64,000 nucleotides of DNA from positions 2,496,001-2,560,000 of the forward strand of contig OY969585.1 in NCBI GenBank assembly GCA_963701295.1, written 5' to 3'. The notes beneath the pieces were generated by a model. It was given only the letters and a program-made list of their open reading frames with translations. It had not been told where the DNA came from and did not search any database. The position numbers and the translations under genes are program-made. Source of the stretch: Ignavibacteriota bacterium (GTDB taxonomy: Bacteria; Bacteroidota; Ignavibacteria; UBA10030). The first letter of the stretch is position 1; every line of letters begins with the position of its first letter. Positions 8,727 to 17,678 of this stretch are shown here, one piece after another.

Positions 8727-11700
8727 ATGCAGCAACTGAAAAAGGTGGCAACGATTATTCTGTTGTTACTATCATCGGTCTCGCCGTTGTGGTCAGGCAC
8801 GACCGGAAAGGTTGCCGGGAAAGTAGAGGAGAAGGGAAATGGTGAACCTGTAATAGGCGCCACTATTATAATTGCAGGAACATCTCTGGGAGCGGCAACA
8901 GACATCGATGGTCATTTTACGATATTGAATGTTCCACCAGGGACATTCAATATTCAAGTCTCATTTGTCGGTTATAGGAAGGTTATTGTAAGCAATGTTC
9001 GAGTGTTCATTGATCAGACCGCACTCCTCGATATTTCTATGGAACCCGAAGCTATCGAAGTAAATCCAATGATAGTTGTCGGCGACCGATTGACTATCAA
9101 GAAGGATGTGGCAACCAGCGTTGCATCGGTTTCGGATAAAGACGTTTCATCTCTCCCAATTGACAATGTCGTGAGTGCTGTCGGTTTGCAGGCAGGTGTT
9201 CGTGGAGGTTGGTCTTCTAATCCAGCTACCGTTGTTGCTCCCAGTTATATTTCCGGCCCAAATGGTTATGTTCGTGGAAAAGTCAGCGTTCAAGGAGATT
9301 TGACTATCCGCGGTGGAGAAGGGGATAATATTCTTTTCATGGTAGATGGCGTCACGATGCGTGATCCGAGAAATAATGAGCCGACAACTAATTTGGCACT
9401 GAGTGCTGTAAATGAAATTTCTGTTGAACGAGGTGGATTCAATGCAGAGTACGGTCAGGTACGGTCGGGAATAATTAATGTCGTGACGAAAGAAGGGAAT
9501 AAACAAAGTTACTCAGGAAGCATACAAGGAAGAATAAGTCCTCCTGCACCTAAATATTGGAATGGTGACGGCATACCCGATGTGCATGATCCGAACTCAT
9601 ATTTCATGCGCCCTTTTTTCGATCCGAATGTATGCTGGACAGGAACAGCTCATCCTGTAGATCCGACGAAGTGGGATAAATATACACTTACCAAATATCC
9701 CGTATTCTCTGGTTGGAATGCGATTTCACAACAACTTTGTTCGGATAATAATCCGAATAATAACCTGACCCCTCTAGGTTGTCAACAGGTTTTTGAATAT
9801 GAAACGCGAAAGAATTTGCCAAATAATCAGCCGGATTACGATATTGATGGCGGTTTTGGCGGACCAGTTCCATTTGTTAGTGAAGCGCTTGGAAACTTAC
9901 GATTCTTTACTTCTTTTCGAACAACGCGCACCATGCTTCTATTCCCGCTTTCACGACCTGATTATAGTGATTACAACGGGACTTTGCAATTCATTACAGA
10001 TATTACTCCAACGATGAAATTGAGGCTTTCAGGTATGGTTGGAAAAGAATATACAATAAGAGCTAACTCGGACGGCAACGGTACCTACCAGTACCTCCAG
10101 AATCCAGCAGACATTGCTGCCCAAGCTCTTGGATGGACTTCAACTGAGAATTATATTCGTTTATTTTCAGATTATGCTTTCTGTACTAGTGACATTGGAA
10201 ATCAATCTGTTTCAGCTAAGTTGACACATAACTTTGGTTCTAATTCGTATTATGAAGTATCCATCGCACAGTTCAGGCGTGATTACAATACACAACCAAT
10301 TGCATTGCGAGACACATCTCAGAAGACTGAAATTCTGCCTGGCTTTTGGGAGGATAGCAATCCATTCGGTTATTGGCCCGATCAAAGTATCCCGCAAGGT
10401 ATTATAGTATACGGCGGGCAAAATTTAGCCAAGCCTCGCGATTTTACAGTTGTGAACTCAACGACGATAAAAGCTGATTATTGCAGTCAGGTGAATTTTC
10501 AGAACCTGGTGAAAGGGGGAATCGAGTTTGTATATTATGATCTGAATTTCGACTATGGACTCATCGATCAATCTTCCGCAGGCAAGGCATATTCCAATCG
10601 TGTCCAAATGCGCACTTTTCCGATACAAGCCGCCGCCTATCTTCAAGATAAGTTGGAAGAAAAAGGGTTCACTGTGAATCTGGGTTTACGATTGGATTAC
10701 AGTAATCCCAGAACTAATTGGTGGAATGTGGATCCGTACGACATAGCTTTTTTTGAGCCTACTGGTAATGATCTCAGCAACATATCACCAACAGAGCCAC
10801 CCAAAGAACAATGGGAATTGAGTCCACGCTTAGGGATTGCCCACCCAATTTCTGAAAACTCAAAATTGTTTTTTAATTATGGTCACTTTACAGAATTGCC
10901 CCAGTATGAAAGTATGTTTCGTGTTGAACGGAACACAGTGAATCAAGTGACAAGTTTTGGAGATCCTAATCTCACGCTCGCAAAAACGACATCTTACGAA
11001 TTGGGCTTCGACAACATTTTGTTCGAAGATTACTTACTTCAAATTGCAGCATTTTATAATGATGTTACTGATCAACAAGATTTTACTCAATACATCTCGT
11101 CAAGCGGCGGGTTTAATTACTATGCATCCACGTCGAATAATTATGAGGATATTCGAGGATTTGAAATCACGCTTCGAAAGACGAATGGACGGTGGTGGTC
11201 AGGGTTTGCCAATTATACTTATCAAGTGAGTAGCAGCGGGCATTTTGGACATGCACAGCAGTTTGACAATGCCCAGTTACAACAAGAATATAACGATGAA
11301 ACAATAAATCTATACCAGGACCGGCCAATTCCCGCACCGTATGCAAGACTCAATTTTAGTCTGTATACACCGGACGATTGGGGTCCTACTGTTCTTGGAA
11401 ATAAGATATTAGGTGGTTTTAGACTCAACACCGTTTTAGACTGGCAGGCAGGGAATTGGACAACCTTTAATCCGAATAACATCGCTTCCATCGCATACAA
11501 TGTTGAGACAGTAGATTTCTTTAATACAACATTGAGAATTGAGAAAACGGTATCCTTCGGAAAATTCAGTGCAAAATTATTCGTTGACATCAATAATTTG
11601 TTCAACACGCTGAGATTATCCAATACCAGTGACCTTGACTATATGTACTCGCTTCACTTACCAGCGAGTAAAGCGTATGCCAATATTCCTGGAGATGATA

Positions 11701-12023
11701 AGGTGGGAGATTACCGAACGCCAGGTGTGGATTGGCAGCCTGAAGTGTACCAATATGAAATCCAGAAAAATGACGGCAGCTATACAGTTGCTCCTGATGA
11801 TGAACGTGCGATTTTTTACGAAGGAAAGAGCGGGAAATACTGGAGGGTGAATAAAGATCAAAACACAGGAAATACCTCATGGGCGCAGGTTGATCAAGCG
11901 ACAATCAACCAGATTAATAAAGATAAAGCATATATTAATATGCCGAGTATTTCTACCTTTTGGTTCTTAAATCCACGTCAAATCTTTTTCGGTCTAAAGG
12001 TATCATTTGATTTAGGCCAATAA
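8727..12023 (+). CDS. TonB-dependent receptor
   Basis: Signal peptide, GTTGKVAGKV carboxypeptidase-regulatory-like domain, plug motifs IRGG and GGFNAEYG..SGIINVVTK, barrel motifs SPRLG and PRQIFFGLKVSF; SD AAGGAG. Confidence 0.93.
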   Translation: MQQLKKVATIILLLLSSVSPLWSGTTGKVAGKVEEKGNGEPVIGATIIIAGTSLGAATDIDGHFTILNVPPGTFNIQVSFVGYRKVIVSNVRVFIDQTALLDISMEPEAIEVNPMIVVGDRLTIKKDVATSVASVSDKDVSSLPIDNVVSAVGLQAGVRGGWSSNPATVVAPSYISGPNGYVRGKVSVQGDLTIRGGEGDNILFMVDGVTMRDPRNNEPTTNLALSAVNEISVERGGFNAEYGQVRSGIINVVTKEGNKQSYSGSIQGRISPPAPKYWNGDGIPDVHDPNSYFMRPFFDPNVCWTGTAHPVDPTKWDKYTLTKYPVFSGWNAISQQLCSDNNPNNNLTPLGCQQVFEYETRKNLPNNQPDYDIDGGFGGPVPFVSEALGNLRFFTSFRTTRTMLLFPLSRPDYSDYNGTLQFITDITPTMKLRLSGMVGKEYTIRANSDGNGTYQYLQNPADIAAQALGWTSTENYIRLFSDYAFCTSDIGNQSVSAKLTHNFGSNSYYEVSIAQFRRDYNTQPIALRDTSQKTEILPGFWEDSNPFGYWPDQSIPQGIIVYGGQNLAKPRDFTVVNSTTIKADYCSQVNFQNLVKGGIEFVYYDLNFDYGLIDQSSAGKAYSNRVQMRTFPIQAAAYLQDKLEEKGFTVNLGLRLDYSNPRTNWWNVDPYDIAFFEPTGNDLSNISPTEPPKEQWELSPRLGIAHPISENSKLFFNYGHFTELPQYESMFRVERNTVNQVTSFGDPNLTLAKTTSYELGFDNILFEDYLLQIAAFYNDVTDQQDFTQYISSSGGFNYYASTSNNYEDIRGFEITLRKTNGRWWSGFANYTYQVSSSGHFGHAQQFDNAQLQQEYNDETINLYQDRPIPAPYARLNFSLYTPDDWGPTVLGNKILGGFRLNTVLDWQAGNWTTFNPNNIASIAYNVETVDFFNTTLRIEKTVSFGKFSAKLFVDINNLFNTLRLSNTSDLDYMYSLHLPASKAYANIPGDDKVGDYRTPGVDWQPEVYQYEIQKNDGSYTVAPDDERAIFYEGKSGKYWRVNKDQNTGNTSWAQVDQATINQINKDKAYINMPSISTFWFLNPRQIFFGLKVSFDLGQ

Positions 12024-12042
12024 AAAACAATCAGAGATAGCC

Positions 12043-14504
12043 ATGAAAAAACAAATTATAAAAACGAGAAATAAATTTTCAATACTCATCGTAGGGCTAC
12101 TGATCATGTGCTCGGTTCATAATACCTTTGCTCAACGTATCAGATGGCTCGGCATCACACAATTGCAATCGCAGATTAATGAAATCGGTGCAGAATATGA
12201 ACTGGAGTTTTCGCAAGGAAGCATTTTCGATTTTTATGCATGGCCTGTCCAATATGGCATTGGCCAGACTACCTGCCGGATGAATGCACTCTGGATTGGA
12301 TCCAGGAATTTTGACGATCCTGTCGAGGGTGACATAAAGAGTGTCAAAGTAATCGGGTCGGGTCCTCGTAATGCTCTGGATCGTGTTAACGAGATTTTTG
12401 AACAAGATTTAAAATTGTTTGGAAGAACCAAGCATCCAATGATTACCGTCGATAATAAAAATGCCAGTGCGATAGATTCATATGACAAAGTAGATGTTCT
12501 GGATCCGAATCTTGAGGCCGACCGAATGGTTCAGGTAATATTCAACACTTCTATCGGGGTTTCAGTTACGAAAAAAGTAATGGCTTTTGATTCTCCATAC
12601 CATGATAGCTACTTCATTTACGATTATGTGTTCAAGAACACAGGTATTTATGATCGAGCTGGAGATGTCAAACAACAGACACTGACGAATGTCTATTTTT
12701 ATTGGATGTATCGAAATGCACTTGCCGGTGTGTCGTGCAACGGTGCGTCATCCACATGGGGAGCTTTTGGCTCTACGTGGGGAAATAGTACACTCAATCA
12801 CGCATTCGGCGAGAATCCACTTGCTCCTGGTTTTGATATGAGGGGATTCTACTCATATTACAGCCCAGTTCCTAATCGAACGAGTACTTATGATGCAGAC
12901 TGGGGATGTCCCAACATATCCGGAGATGGGATGCTGGGTTCTTCAATGTACACTGGTTGCGCAACACTCCACGCCGATAAAAGTGCAACAGATACCACGG
13001 ATGATCTCAATCAGCCGACGACCACATGGTATATCGGCTCCGATATCAATATCATGCAGCAAAACGTCAGTCAATACAATGAAAGTTTTATGCAGGATCG
13101 ATATAATTGCATGAGTGAAGGACATCCAACGCAGCAACATGATGACATGATTTTTTCTCAGGTACAGACTATTTCGCTATAACCTATTCAGATCCGAGAA
13201 GACAAACAGGGGGAGGTGTTAGTCAGGGTCAGGGATATGGTCCTTACACGATTCCTTTTGGTGATAGCATTCATATAGTATTTGCTGAAGGAGTAAATGG
13301 GATATCATGGGAAAAAGCCCGAGAGATCGGAGCCAAGTGGCTTCAGTGGAATAATTCTGGTGCAGGTCCCACTCTTATCATGCCAGATGGAAGTACCACA
13401 ACAGATTATAATGCGTATAAAAAAACATGGTGTTTCACAGGGAAAGATTCTATGATGCAAATGTTTCATCGTGCTCTGCGAAATTATAAATTAGGCTATA
13501 AAATTCCTCATCCACCTCCTCCACCGCAACAATTTACAGTTGCTTCCGGTGGTGACCGGATTTCGCTTTCATGGTCAAATAATGCTGAAAGCTCATCTCA
13601 CTTCAATGGCTATGTGATTTACAGATCTCGAGGTAACGTGTTAGATTGGACAAGCGTTTATGAAAAAATCTTTGAATGTGACAAATCAAATGTGGTACAC
13701 AATTTTGATGATTTGACCGCGCTTCGAGGATTTGATTATTATTATTACATCCAATCGAAGGATGACGGAACACAAAATGATATCGCACCTGGTGTTCCAC
13801 TCACAAGCAGTTTGTTCTGGACGGTGACGAGCGTGCCTGCAACCCTTCAACGGCCTGCTGTTACTGCACCCCCCAAAGAACCGGTTGTAGATACTGTCAA
13901 CTGGAAACCGACAGTAGCGAAGGGTGTCTGGGATTCAACTGTGATCGGAGGCTATTATTTTGCATATAATACGGTAACCTATAATAATTCGGAATATGTT
14001 TGCCTTCGGGATAGTACGCCAGGAATGATGCCGGGAAAACCGAAAGGTACATTCTATGCGAACTTTCCGGATACTTCTGTTTCTTGGAAACCAATAATTT
14101 CTAAGGGAGCATGGGTTTTCGGATCTGCTTACAGAAAATATAGTTATGTAACAGATAAAGGTGGGGTTTATGTTTGTGTGAATGATTTAGCTGCAGGTTC
14201 TATGTTGGAACAAGTGAGGGTTGTGCCTAATCCGTATGATATCCGCTCTCGCGTGTTTCAATTTGGTGCACAATCACAGTATGACCGCATAGCTTTTTAT
14301 GGACTTCCCCCGACCTGCAAATTGATGATTTTCACTGAACGGGGAGATAAAATTTGGGTGAAAGATCATACGAATGGTACAGGTGATGAACTCTGGGATT
14401 CACAAACGTCGTCGGGACAAATAATCGCAAGCGGCATTTATATTCTCTACGTCGAAGTTCCCGGAGGTGGTTCAGTAATACGTAAATTTGTGGTCATCAG
14501 GTGA
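12043..14504 (+). pseudogene. Large secreted protein (FN3-like, two CBM5/12-like repeats, CTD/FlgD-like tail) split by a 1-nt frameshift near 13151-13158
   Basis: ORF 12043-13182 continues in the -1 frame (SGTDYFAITYSDPRRQTGGGVSQGQGYGPYTIPFGDSIHIVFAEG...) straight into ORF 13380-14504, which ends VRVVPNPY...IASGIYILYV...KFVVIR. May be an assembly error. Confidence 0.75.
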
Positions 14505-14515
14505 GGAGAAGACCA

Positions 14516-15577
14516 ATGAAGAAAATAATAGGTAGTTTCATCGTTATGTTTCTTGTGTGCTGCCTGACCATAACAATCGGGAATGCACAAGAGAATCAAA
14601 AGCTTGCACAGACCGGATTTCAATTTTTGAGCGTTGTTTCGGACGCACGAGGCGCAGCGATGGGCGAAGCGATGACAAGCCTTCAGACGACAGCCTCAAG
14701 CTCGTTGTTCTTCAATCCAGCCGGGATGACTGAGATGAAGAATTTTGTGGATGCAACAGCAAGCGTTAACGAGTGGATTGCGAATATTAAGCACTACATG
14801 TTCAGCATAGCGATCAATCCGGCTGGAGGCAATCTCGGAACGTTTGGGTTGAGTGTACAAAGCGTGGATTATGGAGATTTCTACGGGACCGTTGTTGATC
14901 AGACATCGGATCTGGGGTACCGAGATACGGAGACATTCAAGTTGAATGCGATGGCGGTCGGTATTGGGTATGCTAAGCGACTGACAGATCAGTTTAGCAT
15001 TGGAGGGCAAGTAAGATTGATTCGGCAAGATTTGGGACCGAGCGTAATTCCAGTATATGGGCAGAAAGTTATGATCGACAGCACGGGAAAACAATATACG
15101 GTATATGATACGACCTCGACAACAGTGTCGAACAAGTTGATGCCGCTGGTATTCGATTTCGGGACGCAATTCAAAACTGGCATCAAGAGCTTGGTGTTCG
15201 GGATGTCGGTGAGGAATTTTTCAAAGCAAGTGGAATATGTTCAGGAAGGATTTCAGGCGCCGCTGGTATTTAACCTGGGAATCTCGATGAATTTGTTTGA
15301 TCTTCTGACAGATGTTCCGGAAAATCAATCGCTCTACATGAGTGTGGATGCGACTCATTACGTTGATCATCCTGAACAATTAAAAGTTGGGATCGAATAC
15401 AATTTCATGAACGTACTGAAATTGCGTGGTGGTTATGTGTCGAAGTCAGATTATGATGAGAGTTCGTTTTCCTACGGATTGGGATTGGCGATCGTGGGAT
15501 TTGAATTTGATTATGCGTATACGCCGTTTGGAGTGTTCAACAAGGTTCAGCGGATGACCGCACGATTTTCATATTGA
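14516..15577 (+). CDS. PorV/PorQ-family outer-membrane beta-barrel
   Basis: KLAQTGFQFLSVVSDARGAAMGEA, FFNPAG, LRGGY, FDYAY motifs; C-terminal aromatic residue. Confidence 0.85.
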   Translation: MKKIIGSFIVMFLVCCLTITIGNAQENQKLAQTGFQFLSVVSDARGAAMGEAMTSLQTTASSSLFFNPAGMTEMKNFVDATASVNEWIANIKHYMFSIAINPAGGNLGTFGLSVQSVDYGDFYGTVVDQTSDLGYRDTETFKLNAMAVGIGYAKRLTDQFSIGGQVRLIRQDLGPSVIPVYGQKVMIDSTGKQYTVYDTTSTTVSNKLMPLVFDFGTQFKTGIKSLVFGMSVRNFSKQVEYVQEGFQAPLVFNLGISMNLFDLLTDVPENQSLYMSVDATHYVDHPEQLKVGIEYNFMNVLKLRGGYVSKSDYDESSFSYGLGLAIVGFEFDYAYTPFGVFNKVQRMTARFSY

Positions 15578-15597
15578 GATGAAGAAGGAGAAAGAGC

Positions 15598-16839
15598 ATG
15601 AAATTTAATAAATATGAAATAATTGTATCCTTGATGATCATCGCAATACTGGTTATCATTCCAGGGTGTGAGTTTAATGTCACACCGTCCCAGTGGGATC
15701 AAAGCTCCCATCAAGGGGTGATCGACAGTATCATGCAAATTGATCCTGCTCTCGAGGCAAAAGCAGGAGTTAATACAATTACGATAACTGGAAAAAATTT
15801 TGCGTCGCTGCCTGATTCAAATATCGTTTATGTTTCAAAGATGGATGGAGATAAAAGCACGGTGACTGCAGATATATTCTTTACATCTTCATCTTCCATC
15901 ACCATCTATCGTCCAAACATTGTTTCAGATTCCTGCAGGTTTGTCATAGTTTCTCCGAAATCTCTCGTTGTGGCACAATCGGGATTGTACAAAATCGATC
16001 CCGTTTTGGTGAAATATGGAGCATTCCTGGATAACAGGCCATTGGGTGTCGTTGCCGGAGATAAAGATGAAAATATTTACGTTGTTTATTCATCAGAAAA
16101 AACAATATATAAAGTTGCCTCCAATGGGCAAAAAACGCTATTAAAAACGCTGGCAATGTATCAACCGTATGGTGGTAAAATCGGGCCTGATGGAAAACTT
16201 TATTTGATGGAAAATAATAAGTCATCTCTTGATGTGATAGATGTTCAGGCAGATTCATCGTCACAATTTAATATTGGATCCAATGTTAAGTGCGGCGACT
16301 TCGATTCGCAAGGCAATCTTTTCGTTGCAGGTATTGGGAGCGATTTGGTAACAGTTGCTCCGGATCATACGGCTAAGCGCTCAGGTAATTTCCAACCTGA
16401 TGTGATTCTGGATGTTCGTGTATACAGTGATTACGTTTATGTTGTTGATAGCACGAAAAATCCCACAGCCACTAAACCTTCAAAATCTATCCAGCGTTGT
16501 AAAATCGATTATACGAATCATACGGTAGGAAGTCCGGAACTGGTGATCGATTGGACTACAACTGGGCAGTACGCATCTTGTTTGATAACAGGAATTACAT
16601 TTTCTTCAGATGGAAAAATGTATGTCGCGACTAATTCACCGGATCCGATTCTCATTGTTGATCTGAATACAAAAAACGTAAGTACTCTTTATAAAGATAT
16701 TTTGCCATCCCTATGCAAACAATTTTTTTGGGGGAATGGCACCTATCTCTATATGATAACGGGCAACACATCAAACCCGGCATTAGATTGGACACTGTAC
16801 CGAGTCGATACGGGAATCAACGGTACTCCATTCTATTAA
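15598..16839 (+). CDS. Lipoprotein with IPT/TIG-like and beta-propeller domains
   Basis: Lipobox IPGC, ITITGKNF, repeated D..GNLFV / DGKMYV blades. Confidence 0.7.
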   Translation: MKFNKYEIIVSLMIIAILVIIPGCEFNVTPSQWDQSSHQGVIDSIMQIDPALEAKAGVNTITITGKNFASLPDSNIVYVSKMDGDKSTVTADIFFTSSSSITIYRPNIVSDSCRFVIVSPKSLVVAQSGLYKIDPVLVKYGAFLDNRPLGVVAGDKDENIYVVYSSEKTIYKVASNGQKTLLKTLAMYQPYGGKIGPDGKLYLMENNKSSLDVIDVQADSSSQFNIGSNVKCGDFDSQGNLFVAGIGSDLVTVAPDHTAKRSGNFQPDVILDVRVYSDYVYVVDSTKNPTATKPSKSIQRCKIDYTNHTVGSPELVIDWTTTGQYASCLITGITFSSDGKMYVATNSPDPILIVDLNTKNVSTLYKDILPSLCKQFFWGNGTYLYMITGNTSNPALDWTLYRVDTGINGTPFY

Positions 16840-16911
16840 GAAAAAAAAGAAAATATAGTCGATCTTTCTTTTTGAAGACCGACTTTATTTCATGCGACTT
16901 CTTACTGAACA

Positions 16912-17250
16912 TCACGAGTGTCTATAAGAGGCATCGAAATGCTCAGGTGTATAATTTGCAAGCAAAAAGTTGCCAATATATTTAATGAAATTCCGAAGAG
17001 ATGCCCTGTAGATTGCTACGGTTCCTTGAGAGAAGCTTCCCTCTGCATACGAAAGGAAATCGATAAGAAATTCAGATAAAAGCTTTCGCTTTGTCTTCTG
17101 CTTTCGCTCATAATCTTCCATTTTGACAGACTGAAGAAATCGAAGTGCGGCGAATTTGTATGTGCAATAATGTAGAGACCTTTTGCTTTTTCCTCGTTTG
17201 TTATAAAACCAGATGTAATGGACACCATCGGCATGCCTGGATAGAAATAT
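16912..17250 (-). pseudogene. Tyrosine integrase N-terminal remnant
   Basis: After SD GAGG the frame starts at ATA (presumed mutated ATG): IFLSRHADGVHYIWFYNKRGKSKR...ALRFLQS...LLSEFLIDFLSYAEGSFSQGTVAIYRASLRNFIKYIG. Resembles arm-binding plus core-binding domains; truncated. Confidence 0.7.
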
Positions 17251-17277
17251 CGGAAACCTCGCTTTCTAAAGGCGAAA

Positions 17278-17297
17278 GGTAACCAACAAGGTAACTA
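17278..17297. promoter_or_regulatory. Putative integrase arm-type sites (right end)
   Basis: GGTAACCAACAAGGTAACTA; same 12-bp spacing as 7180-7199. Confidence 0.6.
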
Positions 17298-17342
17298 CTG
17301 AGGAAGAAAATACAGAAATCAGAATATATTTACGTTCGACTC

Positions 17343-17398
17343 ACAGCTTAGAAGCCAGCCGCTTTATCCAATTGAGCTATGGGTGCATTCTAATATTC
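17343..17398 (-). repeat. att site: displaced 5' fragment of tRNA-Arg(ACG) plus 12 nt of upstream flank
   Basis: GCCGCTTTATCCAATTGAGCTATGGGTGCATTCTAATATTC vs 7078-7118; ACAGCT is also aligned (17343 vs 7063). Confidence 0.9.
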
Positions 17399-17678
17399 AA
17401 TGTCATTGAGTCTTGTCAGATAAGGGCGGGATTCTGAAAATTGCATCTCCTAGTATAAAACATTCGCAGGCAATTTTCGAACTACGAGTGCAGGGAAATT
17501 TATATTAGTATAACGATAAATCTCTTTTTTTGCAATTGAAAGTTGGAAAACAATTCTTGTTCTGGCTTTGTACGATATTTTTAAAAATGTAAAAAAAGGT
17601 GAGCTTGAAAGTTCATTCTTTTCTGATTTCTTCTTATCATGATACAGCAAATATAAAACAATTGGGAACATATCCACA

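Larger units (their letters stand above)
7063..17398 (-). mobile_element. ~10.3-kb genomic island integrated at the 5' half of tRNA-Arg(ACG)
   Basis: Direct repeat 7078-7118 vs 17358-17398 (39/41 identical), paired GTAAC repeats inside both ends, and an integrase N-terminal remnant next to the right repeat. Confidence 0.85.

Noticed and set aside
13145-13165. Programmed -1 ribosomal frameshift
   Set aside because: In-frame codons ATT TTT TCT do not form an X XXY YYZ heptamer and no stimulatory structure is evident; kept only as an indel.
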